From Candidatus Marinacidobacterium sp. (GTDB taxonomy: Bacteria; Acidobacteriota; Vicinamibacteria; Marinacidobacterales; Marinacidobacteraceae): a DNA stretch of 64,000 nucleotides. Position numbers and translations under genes: made by a program. How positions within the stretch are numbered: position 1 is the first letter of the stretch; each line of letters opens with the position of its first letter. Of the stretch, positions 42,937 to 51,989 are shown piece after piece. The stretch is taken from NCBI GenBank assembly GCA_965250045.1, contig CBDFNG010000001.1, positions 6,164 to 70,163 of the forward strand, written 5' to 3'. The notes under the pieces are model-generated. The model was not told where the DNA came from. It was given only the letters and a program-made list of their open reading frames with translations, and made no database searches.

Positions 42937-43275
42937 CTAGCCGCCGATCGCGGCGAGCGCTTTCTCCCGGGAGGCGTGGACCGGGATGATCTTGTCGAAG
43001 CCGCTGATCTCGAAGACCTCCCGGATCGGGTCCGAGAGCGAGCAGAGCATGAGATCCGCATTCCGTTTCCGGAGAGACTTGGCGATCAGCAGGATGACCC
43101 GAAGGCCCGCGCTGCTGATATAGGAGAGGCCCGCGAGGTCCATGACGACGGTGCTGTCGTCTCCGCTGATTGCGTTCTTCAGCGCTTCTTCGAAATCGCG
43201 TGCGTTGACGCCGTCGATGCGTCCTTCCGCCTTTGCAATCAAGGTTCCGTTTTCCCGCTCAGTCTGAATATCCAT
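42937..43275 (-). CDS. STAS-domain protein (anti-sigma-factor antagonist family)
   Basis: 112 aa with the DLAGLSYISSAGLRVIL motif (phosphorylatable Ser region) typical of SpoIIAA/RsbV-like proteins. Confidence 0.85.
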   Translation of the reverse strand: MDIQTERENGTLIAKAEGRIDGVNARDFEEALKNAISGDDSTVVMDLAGLSYISSAGLRVILLIAKSLRKRNADLMLCSLSDPIREVFEISGFDKIIPVHASREKALAAIGG

Positions 43276-43409
43276 CGGCCTCGTATCCTGGTTGATGTTG
43301 TGATCTGCGACCTTGATCTTCGCGGCTACATCTCAAAAAGAATAGCCCTATCGGAGATCGAGGGCAATGTTGCCCGCAAGCCGGTAGCGGTTCAGCTTGA
43401 AGTCCTGAA

Positions 43410-43439
43410 CCTGCCGGGGAGTGAAGAGCCCCCGGCAGG
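43410..43439 (-). terminator. Strong hairpin downstream of the ATP-grasp/alpha-E/transglutaminase operon
   Basis: cctgccgggg-N10-ccccggcagg, a perfect 10-bp GC-rich stem about 150 nt after the transglutaminase stop. No clear U-tract. Confidence 0.4.
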
Positions 43440-43586
43440 TCGGAAACGCTGAAGTGTAATCCGACACGTGCCGCGGTGCGATATCGGGTTACGCCTCCGG
43501 CTCTCCCTGCCTGCCGGGAGACATTGAAACGGAGTGACTACCCGCAAAGCCTTCCCGGTCTCGACGGAGGCGATCCGTCGAGACTC

Positions 43587-44492
43587 TCAGGTCCCGGCGG
43601 CGCTGTTCCGGTGCGTCGCGGCTCCGCCTGCGCCGGCGCGTATCCGTACGTCGACCTCGAGACGGGTGTCTCCGCCGCCCTGAATGACGCCGCGGGTCGG
43701 GGACACGTCGTGGTAGTCGCGCCCGACCGCGATGCGTACGTGCCCCTCACCGGCAAGACCCTGGTTGGTGGGGTCGAAGCCGATCCAGCCGAACTCCGGC
43801 AGCCGGCATTCCACCCAGGCGTGGGTGGCGTTGTCCGGCGGCCGCTCGCCGGATTGATCGGCCAGGTGCAGATAGCCCGAGACATAGCGGGCGGGAATGC
43901 CCCAGCAGCGCGCGATGGCGATCATGACATGGGCGTAGTCCTGGCAGACCCCCCGGTCGGTTTCGAGGACGTGATCGACGGGGGATTCCGCCGAGGTGCT
44001 GCCCGGGATGTAGCGCAAGCAGCGGTGGAGCGTATCCGAGAGCCGCAACAGACTATCGAGGGGGTCGCTCCCGGGCTCTATGCGGTGCCGGTCAATGAAC
44101 GCGGCAAGAGCGGAGGATGGCCGGATCAGCGTGCTCGGATGGGTGAAATCCCAGTCGGCGAAGGATCCCCGGAGGGCGCAGATCTCCTCCCAGGCGCCGG
44201 CTCCCAGGCGCGCCGGGAGCGGGAGGGGAGGCGCTGCCTCGACCGTGGAGCGGGCCGTGATCTCCAGGACCTGGTGTGACCGGTGGATGTCGAGGACGTG
44301 TCGGGTGTTGCCGAAACAGTCCTCTTCGCGGTTCAGGCAGGCCGGAGGCTGCGTCTCGATCTCGAAGTGAAGGAGCTGCTGCCCCTGATCCTCGCGCGGC
44401 TTCAGACACAGCAGCATCACGCACTGCCGCACGGGGGCCGTGTAGTGGTAGCGGGAGACGTGCTCGATCTCGTAACGGACAACTCCGGTCAT
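43587..44492 (-). CDS. Transglutaminase-like family protein (N-terminal Bact_transglu_N-type region plus Cys-protease core)
   Basis: RYEIEHVSRYHY N-terminus. Core GVCQDYAHVMIAIARCWGIPARYVSGY with HAWVE and D further on (Cys-His-Asp). Confidence 0.85.
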   Translation of the reverse strand: MTGVVRYEIEHVSRYHYTAPVRQCVMLLCLKPREDQGQQLLHFEIETQPPACLNREEDCFGNTRHVLDIHRSHQVLEITARSTVEAAPPLPLPARLGAGAWEEICALRGSFADWDFTHPSTLIRPSSALAAFIDRHRIEPGSDPLDSLLRLSDTLHRCLRYIPGSTSAESPVDHVLETDRGVCQDYAHVMIAIARCWGIPARYVSGYLHLADQSGERPPDNATHAWVECRLPEFGWIGFDPTNQGLAGEGHVRIAVGRDYHDVSPTRGVIQGGGDTRLEVDVRIRAGAGGAATHRNSAAGT

Positions 44493-44496
44493 GGCG

Positions 44497-45468
44497 TCAG
44501 CTTACCGGGGAGTCATCGACGGCGTAATCGATGTACGCGGCGTTCACGAGATCGTGGAGCGTGCGGCAGTGCTCCGCGGTCTGCACGAGGAGAGCTTCCC
44601 GATCCTCCCGGTCCGGCCACTCGTAGCGGATCAGGGCGCGCAGTCGGCCCGCGAGCCGCTCGGCCGCGCCGCCGGCCCGCGAGTCCGGACTCGGACCCAT
44701 GGCGGCGATCTCCGCTGCCAGCGTGTCGAGCGAACGGCACAGCGAGCCGGGCAGCAGTGGATCGGTCACGAGCAGGTCGAGCACTCGGTCCGGCCGGACC
44801 TCGACGCTGTAGCTGCGTTTGTAGGCGTCGAATGCCTGGCATGCGCGCAGCAAGCTCGTCCAGTCCGTGCCGGTGGTTTCGTCTTGCACTCGGCCGGCGG
44901 CGAGCTGAGCCAGGAGCAGCGCAACCAGAAGCTGGGCGCGTTCGATGAACCGTCCGAGCCGCATGAAACGCCAGCCCTCGTCGCGGTACATGGTCGCTTC
45001 GGCCACCCCGGTGAAGGTGTCGATCTCGCGCGTGGTCTGCGCGTAGAAGCTCTCCGGGGAGACCTTCCAGATGTCCTCGATTTCGAGATCGCGAATCCGC
45101 AGCCAGCCCAGATTCAGGCAGGTCCACATCTCGGCGCTGATGCAGTGGCGCATCTGGCGGGCGTTCTCGCGGCCCAGCGCGAAGCAGCTCCGGATCGAAT
45201 CGGGGTTGGAGCGCTCGAACGTGAGATCGCCGGCCAGGGTGAACGAATCGGCCAGGGTGTAGTCGTCGCTCTCGTCGGGCTCGAAGTCGCCTCCGAGGGG
45301 CGGTTGCCGGTCCAGGCAGGCGTAGATCCGGCTCCAGCCGAAATGGATCTCGGGGATCGGCCGATCCACCAGCGCTTCCACCTGCAATCGCAGCAGGCGG
45401 CACAGGTGCTCCGCCCGCTCGAGGTAGCGGCCCATCCAGTACAGCCCCTGAGCGTTGCGCGAGAGCAT
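44497..45468 (-). CDS. Alpha-E domain protein
   Basis: MLSRNAQGLYWMGRYLERAEHLCRLLR is the signature N-terminus of alpha-E domain proteins. The start overlaps the ATP-grasp stop by 1 nt. Confidence 0.8.
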   Translation of the reverse strand: MLSRNAQGLYWMGRYLERAEHLCRLLRLQVEALVDRPIPEIHFGWSRIYACLDRQPPLGGDFEPDESDDYTLADSFTLAGDLTFERSNPDSIRSCFALGRENARQMRHCISAEMWTCLNLGWLRIRDLEIEDIWKVSPESFYAQTTREIDTFTGVAEATMYRDEGWRFMRLGRFIERAQLLVALLLAQLAAGRVQDETTGTDWTSLLRACQAFDAYKRSYSVEVRPDRVLDLLVTDPLLPGSLCRSLDTLAAEIAAMGPSPDSRAGGAAERLAGRLRALIRYEWPDREDREALLVQTAEHCRTLHDLVNAAYIDYAVDDSPVS

Positions 45469-46901
45469 CAGTCTTCCAGCACCCAGAGGTCCTTGCCGCC
45501 CCCGCCCTGGCTGGAGTTCACCACGAGGCTGCCCCGGCGCAACGCCACACGGCAGAAGGCGCCGGGCACGATGCGGGTCTCGCGGCCGTGGAGGACGAAA
45601 GGACGCAGGTCCACGTGGCGCGGCTCGGCGCGGCCCTCGACGAGGCAGGGCGCGCGAGAGAGCGCGAGCACCGGCTGGGAGATGAAGTCGCACGGGTCGG
45701 CGCGCACCTGCTCGGCGTAGACCGCGCGCTCCTCGGGCGTCGCGTGGGGACCGACGAGCATGCCGTAGCCTCCGGATTCGCCCACTCGCTTCACCACCAG
45801 GTTCTCCAGGTTGTCGAGGGTGTACTCCAGATCCTCCGGCCGCCGGCACAGGCGGGTCTCGACGTTGGCCAGAATCGGCTCCTCACCCAGGTAGTAGCGG
45901 ATCATGTCGGGGACGTAGGCATAGACGCTCTTGTCGTCGGCCACGCCCGTTCCCGGCGCGTTCGCCAGCGCCACCCGCCCGAGCTTGAAGGCGTGCAACA
46001 GCCCGGGCACCCCGAGCAGGGAGTCCGGGCGGAAGACGAGCGGGTCGAGGAAGTCGTCGTCCACGCGGCGGTAGATCACGTCCACGCGCCGGAGCCCCTT
46101 GGTGGTGCGCATGTAGACGAATCCGTCGTTGACCAGCAGATCGCGGCCTTCCACGAGCGCAGCGCCAATCTCCTGCGCCAGGAACATGTGCTCGTAGAAC
46201 GCGGAGTTGTAGACCCCGGGCGTGAGCAGGGCGATGCAGGGATCGGATCGCTCGCCGGGGGCGAGATCGCGCAGGGTATCGCGCAGCACGCTCCCGTAGT
46301 GCTCCACCTCCCGTACCCGACAGCTCCGGTAGAGGCGGCGCAGGCTCGTCTTCACCACCTTGCGGTTCGCGATCATGTAGGACACGCCCGAGGGCACCCG
46401 CAGGTTGTCCTCGAGCACCTGGAAGCCGTCATGAGTGCGCACCAGGTCGGTGCCGCAGACGGCGACCCAGGTGCCGTAGGGTACGGAGACACCGCGCATC
46501 TCGATGCGATACTGGGGACAACCGCGCACTACGTCGGCCGGGACCACGCCGTCGGCGATGATGCGGGCCTCGCCGTAGACGTCCTCCAGGAACCGGTTCA
46601 GGGCGCCGACGCGCTGGGTCAGGCCGGCTTCGAGCTGCCGCCACTCGGCGCCCGAGAGGATCCGGGGCACGAAGTCGACGGGAATGATGCGTTCTTCCGC
46701 CTCTTCGTCCCCATAGACGTTGAACGTGATGCCCTCGTTCGAGAACGAGCGTGTGACCCGTTCCTGAATTCCGTTCATCTCATCGTCGGAGAGCCGCCGC
46801 AAGGCGTCGTACAGCGCCCGGCAGTGCTCGCGGGGCGTGCCGTCGAGCAGGAACATCTCATCGTGGATGGCGGCATCGAGATCGTAGGCGTCGAAGTTCA
46901 T
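45468..46901 (-). CDS. Circularly permuted type-2 ATP-grasp protein
   Basis: 477 aa. Conserved blocks VPSGVSYMIANR, LANAPGTGVADDK, VVKRVGESGGYGMLVGP and VNSSQGGGGKD are typical of this family. Confidence 0.85.
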   Translation of the reverse strand: MNFDAYDLDAAIHDEMFLLDGTPREHCRALYDALRRLSDDEMNGIQERVTRSFSNEGITFNVYGDEEAEERIIPVDFVPRILSGAEWRQLEAGLTQRVGALNRFLEDVYGEARIIADGVVPADVVRGCPQYRIEMRGVSVPYGTWVAVCGTDLVRTHDGFQVLEDNLRVPSGVSYMIANRKVVKTSLRRLYRSCRVREVEHYGSVLRDTLRDLAPGERSDPCIALLTPGVYNSAFYEHMFLAQEIGAALVEGRDLLVNDGFVYMRTTKGLRRVDVIYRRVDDDFLDPLVFRPDSLLGVPGLLHAFKLGRVALANAPGTGVADDKSVYAYVPDMIRYYLGEEPILANVETRLCRRPEDLEYTLDNLENLVVKRVGESGGYGMLVGPHATPEERAVYAEQVRADPCDFISQPVLALSRAPCLVEGRAEPRHVDLRPFVLHGRETRIVPGAFCRVALRRGSLVVNSSQGGGGKDLWVLED

Positions 46902-47131
46902 GGAGACGGCTCATCGAGGGCGGGCGCCGCGACCCGGAGCGGGTATCGCGGAGGATGCCAGTGAATGTTCGGGCTGGGTGCGGGGAGTCGCTCCGGCCGC
47001 ACCGGGCTTGACGCGATGCCGCTCATCGACGGTCCGGCTTCCCAATCTCCGCGCCGCGTGGAACGGCGTCCTCTCGAACCGTGATGCTAAGTGGCCTCTT
47101 TGAAGGTCTCAAGGCCGATCGCTTCCTGACA

Positions 47132-47149
47132 GACATTTCTGAAAATGTC
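47132..47149. promoter_or_regulatory. Perfect 7-4-7 inverted repeat upstream of the sulfatase gene (candidate operator)
   Basis: gacattt-ctga-aaatgtc, 40 nt upstream of ATG 47189. Confidence 0.3.
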
Positions 47150-47188
47150 ACCCTGATCCCATTCCCGACCCTATTCCCGGAGCATCAC

Positions 47189-48706
47189 ATGACCAGCAAC
47201 CGACCGAACATCCTGTTCATCCAGGCGGATCAGCTCAAGCCCCAGGTGCTGCCGGGGTACGGCGGCACGGCGGTGACGCCGCATCTCGATCGGCTGTGCG
47301 GGGAAGGGGTGGTGTTCGAGAATGCCTATTGCAACTTCCCGCTCTGTGCACCGTCGCGCTTCTCGATGCTGGCCGGGATGCTGCCGTCGCGCGTGCGGGC
47401 ATTCGACAACGGCGCGGAGCTCTGCGCCGCCACCCCCACCGTGGCGCACTACCTGCGGCTCGCCGGCTATCGCACCACGCTGTCCGGCAAGCAGCACTTC
47501 GTCGGCCCGGACATGCTGCACGGGTTTCACGAACGGCTGGTGCCGGAGCTCTATCCGACCGACTTCCACTGGACGCCGAGCTGGGACGAGGTCCGCATGG
47601 ACTCGAACAACGACTCGAGCGGTGTTACCCGGTCCGGTATCTGCGTACGCAGCATGCAGATGGACCACGACGAGACGGTGCTCTTCCGGGCGGTGTCCAG
47701 GCTGCACGATTTCTCGCGCGTACCGGACCGGCAGCCGTTCTTTCTGCTGGCGTCCTTCACCCACCCCCACGAGCCGTATTTCGCGCTGCGCGAGCACTGG
47801 GAGCGCTATCGCCACGAAGACGTCCCGATGCCCGAGACCCCGCTGCTGCCGGAGCCGGAGCGCGATCTCCACAGCCGGCGCATGCTCGCCCACCATGGCC
47901 TGCTCGAAGGGGATATCACGCTGGAGCACGTCCGTACCGCCCGCCACGCCTACCTCGCCAACTGCTCGTACCTCGACGCGATGGTCGGAGGGCTGCTCGA
48001 TACCCTGGAGGCAACCGGTCTCTCGCAGGACACCGTGGTCGTGGTCACCTCGGACCACGGCGACATGCTCGGTGAGCGCGGGATGTGGTTCAAGAAGCAC
48101 TTCTTCGACCATGCGGCGCGGGTGCCGCTGATCATCCACGCACCGTCGAGATTCGCTGCGACGCGCCGGAGCGAGAACATCTCGCTGGTGGATCTGCTGC
48201 CCACGCTGTGCGAGCTGGCGCGACTCGACGTCGCGGACCGGGCGCCCCGGCCGCCGGACGGCGCCAGCGTGATACCCCTGTGCGAGGATCCGGCCGCGAT
48301 CAGGGACGCGCCGGTGTTCGCGGAGATCACCTCCGAGGGGGTGCCGTCACCGATGTTCATGGTCCGCCACGGACCCTGCAAGCTCATGACCGGCGGGGGA
48401 GCGCCGGACATGCTGTTCGACCTCCGCGCCGATCCCGAAGAACGGACCAACCTCGCCGAGCACCCGGCCAGTCGGGATACCCTTGCCGCGCTGCGCGGTC
48501 TCGCCGCGGAGACCTGGGACGCGGCGGCGCTGGAGGAGGAGGTCCGCGCGAGCCAGCGCGAGCGCCGCCTGGTTCAGGATGCGCACGGCCGCGGTCCCGC
48601 GCCTGTATGGGACGCGCTGGAGTCCGACCCGGTGTGGGCGTCGTGCCTGCGCGCGCCCGATGGCTACAACGACTGGGCCTGGCGCGGCATCGAGCCGCTG
48701 GGCTGA
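47189..48706 (+). CDS. Sulfatase, choline-sulfatase (BetC)-like
   Basis: NILFIQADQL N-terminus, formylglycine motif PLCAPSRFSMLAG, TSDHGDMLGE. Confidence 0.8.
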   Translation: MTSNRPNILFIQADQLKPQVLPGYGGTAVTPHLDRLCGEGVVFENAYCNFPLCAPSRFSMLAGMLPSRVRAFDNGAELCAATPTVAHYLRLAGYRTTLSGKQHFVGPDMLHGFHERLVPELYPTDFHWTPSWDEVRMDSNNDSSGVTRSGICVRSMQMDHDETVLFRAVSRLHDFSRVPDRQPFFLLASFTHPHEPYFALREHWERYRHEDVPMPETPLLPEPERDLHSRRMLAHHGLLEGDITLEHVRTARHAYLANCSYLDAMVGGLLDTLEATGLSQDTVVVVTSDHGDMLGERGMWFKKHFFDHAARVPLIIHAPSRFAATRRSENISLVDLLPTLCELARLDVADRAPRPPDGASVIPLCEDPAAIRDAPVFAEITSEGVPSPMFMVRHGPCKLMTGGGAPDMLFDLRADPEERTNLAEHPASRDTLAALRGLAAETWDAAALEEEVRASQRERRLVQDAHGRGPAPVWDALESDPVWASCLRAPDGYNDWAWRGIEPLG

Positions 48707-48789
48707 TCAGCAGCGTGAAACCGGGCCGCGGCGATGGCATGGTGAGCCGGTGGCTCTCCCGGGAGATCCACGCGGCCGAACGAGCCAGT

Positions 48790-48813
48790 AGGGGCGGCGC
48801 ATGCGTCGCCCCT
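48790..48813 (+). terminator. Hairpin after the sulfatase gene
   Basis: aggggcggcg-catg-cgtcgcccct, a 10-bp stem including one G-U pair. Confidence 0.35.
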
Positions 48814-48875
48814 GCGCATCGCTTTGTAAAGCGGAATGGCCGGTCTCATTCCTGTCAGTCACGGCCTGCACGAAA

Positions 48876-50003
48876 ATGAGAAATCGACAACACCAGCGGG
48901 AAGCATGCGCGAACGAATCCCCGGCCGGCCCGCCGGCGATCGAGCTTCGCGGCGTAGTGAAGCGCTATGGGTCGGTCACCGCGATCAAGGAAGCGAGCCT
49001 TACGATCGAGGACAACGAGTTCTTCACCCTCCTTGGTCCCTCGGGCTGCGGCAAGACCACGCTGCTGCGCATGATCGCGGGGTTGGAGGACGTGACCGCG
49101 GGCGCGATCTTTCTCTACGGCGAGGAGATCGAGGGGCTGCCGCCCAACCGGAGGCCGGTGAACACCGTCTTTCAGCAATACGCACTCTTTCCCCACATGA
49201 CGGTCGCCGAGAACGTCGCGTTCGGCATGCAGCGGCTGAAGAGGCCCGAGGCCGAGGTCGAGGAGCGCACGCGGCGCATGCTCGACATGGTCAAGCTGGG
49301 CGGCCTCTCGGAGCGCAAGCCGCATCAGCTCTCGGGAGGACAGCAGCAGCGGGTCGCGCTCGCCCGCGCCATGGCGCCGGGTCCGAAGGTCCTCCTGCTC
49401 GACGAGCCTCTCTCGGCGCTCGATCTCAAACTGCGCCAGGCCATGCGCGTGGAGCTCAAGCAGCTTCAGGAGGAGACCGGCATCACCTTCGTGTTCGTCA
49501 CCCACGACCAGGAGGAGGCGCTGACAATGTCCGATCGCATCACGGTGATGTCGGAGGGCGAGATACAGCAGATCGGCACCCCGCACGAGATCTACGAGAG
49601 GCCGCACAACCGCTTCGTCGCGGGCTTCATCGGAGAGACCAACCTGCTCGACGTGACGGTGGAGGACGGCTCGGGAGGACGTTGCCGGTGCCGCCTCGCG
49701 AACGGCTCGGACCTCGAATGCGACGCGCCGGAGACGCCGCGCCCGAGGACCGCCGGGTGCGTATCGATCCGGCCCGAGCGGCTGTCGATCGCGAAGTCCG
49801 GCACGGGCGGCGGCCCGCTCGCCGGCGTGATCAATCGCACCGTGTATCTCGGCACCGATACGCACTACCTGGTCGGACTCGATGACGGCCCGGAGGTCAC
49901 CGTCCGCACCCGGAACGCGCACCGCACGGCGCTCGATCTCGGCCCCGGCGACCGCGCGGCGCTCGGTATCGACGAAGGCGCCGCGCGCCTGCTGGTGGAC
50001 TGA
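48876..50003 (+). CDS. potA: Spermidine/putrescine-type ABC transporter ATP-binding protein (PotA family)
   Basis: Walker [35 protein letters not shown], and a C-terminal TOBE-like domain. Confidence 0.9.
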   Translation: MRNRQHQREACANESPAGPPAIELRGVVKRYGSVTAIKEASLTIEDNEFFTLLGPSGCGKTTLLRMIAGLEDVTAGAIFLYGEEIEGLPPNRRPVNTVFQQYALFPHMTVAENVAFGMQRLKRPEAEVEERTRRMLDMVKLGGLSERKPHQLSGGQQQRVALARAMAPGPKVLLLDEPLSALDLKLRQAMRVELKQLQEETGITFVFVTHDQEEALTMSDRITVMSEGEIQQIGTPHEIYERPHNRFVAGFIGETNLLDVTVEDGSGGRCRCRLANGSDLECDAPETPRPRTAGCVSIRPERLSIAKSGTGGGPLAGVINRTVYLGTDTHYLVGLDDGPEVTVRTRNAHRTALDLGPGDRAALGIDEGAARLLVD

Positions 50004-50944
50004 TGGCGGGGGTGCGCAGAGGAGGGGGCTCCGGCGGCGACAAGGCCGCCCCGGGGACCTACGCACCCCTGCGGGGATGGCTGCTCGCGCCCTCCTGGCT
50101 CGTGATCGGCGTCTTCCTGCTGGCGCCGGTCGGCATGATGCTGGTCTACTCGTTCCTGACCAAGGAGTTCCGCGGCGGCGTGATCTGGGAGCTCTCCTTC
50201 GCCGCCTACGATCAGTTCATTTTCGACCGGGGCCTGTTCGGCGACGAGCCGCCGCGGCTCGAATGGACCTACATCACGATCTTCGCGCGGTCGACCCTGC
50301 AGGCCGCGACGGCGACGGTGCTGTGCTTTCTCATCGGCTTCCCGACCGCGTTCTTCATCGCCACCCGTCCGTCCGGTACCCGTGCGGCCTGGCTGTTTCT
50401 GGTGACGGTTCCCTACTGGGTCAACCTGCTGATCCGCACGGTGTCGATGAAGTTCCTGATCCGGGACAACGGGCCGCTGAACGAGCTCTTGCTCTGGACC
50501 GGGATCGTCTCCGAGCCGCTGGCGATCGTGAACACGAACCTCGCGGTGCAGCTCGGGCTGTTCTACTCCTACCTGCCCTTCATGGTGCTGCCGATCTACG
50601 CCTCGGTGGAACGCTACGACTTCACGCTGTCGGAGGCGGCCGCGGACCTCTACGCGGACCGCTGGACGACCCTGCGTCACGTGCTGATCCCGGTCGTCAC
50701 CCCCGGCATCGTCGCCGGCTGCATCCTCGTGTTCGTCCCGAGCCTCGGCGCCTTTCTCGCACCGGACCTCCTGGGCGGCGCCAGGAACTTCATGATCGGG
50801 TCGCTGATCGAGGAGCAGTTCAAGGGCAACGCCGGCAACTGGCCCTTCGGCGCCGCCGCCTCGATGATCCTGCTGACGATGGTGCTGATCGCGCTGCTCT
50901 ACTACGCGCGCCAGCAGATACGCGGCGAACAGGGAATGAGATGA
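50003..50944 (+). CDS. potB: ABC transporter permease (PotB family)
   Basis: 313 aa with 6 TM helices and the EAA loop [21 protein letters not shown]. Confidence 0.85.
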   Translation: MAGVRRGGGSGGDKAAPGTYAPLRGWLLAPSWLVIGVFLLAPVGMMLVYSFLTKEFRGGVIWELSFAAYDQFIFDRGLFGDEPPRLEWTYITIFARSTLQAATATVLCFLIGFPTAFFIATRPSGTRAAWLFLVTVPYWVNLLIRTVSMKFLIRDNGPLNELLLWTGIVSEPLAIVNTNLAVQLGLFYSYLPFMVLPIYASVERYDFTLSEAAADLYADRWTTLRHVLIPVVTPGIVAGCILVFVPSLGAFLAPDLLGGARNFMIGSLIEEQFKGNAGNWPFGAAASMILLTMVLIALLYYARQQIRGEQGMR

Positions 50945-51753
50945 CGGCGCGCCACGACATCCGGCGCTATCCGGGCTTCCTGCCGGTGACCATTCTGTGC
51001 CTGGTCGTCCTCTACGCGCCTCTGATCGTGGTGATGGTCTACAGCTTCAACGACTCTCAGTCGATCACGATCTGGGGCGGGCTCAGCCTGCGGTGGTACG
51101 AGGACGTCTTCTTCGGCCTCGAGGCCGGAAAGTTCAAGGACGCGGCCTGGAACTCGCTGTCGATCGCGGCCATGGCCGCCGTGACCTCGACGGTCATCGC
51201 CACCTCCGCGGCGGTGGGGATGGTGCGCGGCGGCGCGTTCCGGGGAAAGTCGGTCAGCTTCGCGCTCATCAGCCTGCCGATCATGGTGCCCGAGATCGTC
51301 ACCGCCGTCGCCACCCTGATCTTCTTCAGCGCGATCGGCTTCACCCTCGGCTTCAGCTCGATCCTCGTGGCGCACGTCGTCTTCTGCATCCCCTTCGCCT
51401 ACCTGCCGATCGCGGCGCGGCTCCAGGGCATCGAAGGTGTCTACGAGGAAGCCGCACGGGATCTCTACGCGAGCCGGACGGAGGCGTTCCGGTACGTTCT
51501 CATGCCGCTCATGGCCCCCGGGATCCTCGCCGGGTTCCTGCTCGCCTTCATCATATCGCTCGACGACTTCATCATCACGAATTTCGTCAAGGGGGCGGGC
51601 GTCGAGACCCTGCCGACGGCGATCTTCGGGTCCGTGAAGCAGGGGATCAAGCCGAACATCATGGCGCTCTCCACGCTGATGCTGATGGTCTCGATCGTCT
51701 TCGTCACCGTCTCCTACCTCGTCGGGAGAAGCGGGACGAAGCCCGATCGGTAA
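50941..51753 (+). CDS. potC: ABC transporter permease (PotC family)
   Basis: 270 aa with the EAA loop [25 protein letters not shown] overlap with potB. Confidence 0.85.
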   Translation: MTARHDIRRYPGFLPVTILCLVVLYAPLIVVMVYSFNDSQSITIWGGLSLRWYEDVFFGLEAGKFKDAAWNSLSIAAMAAVTSTVIATSAAVGMVRGGAFRGKSVSFALISLPIMVPEIVTAVATLIFFSAIGFTLGFSSILVAHVVFCIPFAYLPIAARLQGIEGVYEEAARDLYASRTEAFRYVLMPLMAPGILAGFLLAFIISLDDFIITNFVKGAGVETLPTAIFGSVKQGIKPNIMALSTLMLMVSIVFVTVSYLVGRSGTKPDR

Positions 51754-51895
51754 CGGCTGTATCACAGGGGCCGGCGCCCCAGCCTCGCGGGCGCGAAGCG
51801 CTACCCGATCGCGCTCTCGCTGCCGGTCGCAGCGATCGGTCCCGGCGACCTGCGAAACGCCCCGACGAGCGGGACGACAACCCCGCGCCCGTCAC

Positions 51896-51924
51896 TTGAC
51901 GCTGATCTTTATGTTCACTATTGT
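51896..51924 (+). promoter_or_regulatory. Candidate sigma70 promoter of the hyuA-hyuB-SDR unit
   Basis: TTGACG, 17 nt, TATTGT inside an AT-rich tract. Followed by the palindrome ttcga-ata-tcgaa (51946-51958). Confidence 0.45.
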
Positions 51925-51989
51925 TTCCGTATATTAGAAATTACTTTCGAATATCGAAAATATCAAGCGTAGCGCAAGGAAGGACCATC

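Noticed and set aside
43276-43586. 312-bp gap searched for a small gene, tRNA or sRNA.
   Set aside because: No cloverleaf-compatible sequence and no ORF with coding-like composition were found. Only the 10-bp hairpin at 43410-43439 is reported.
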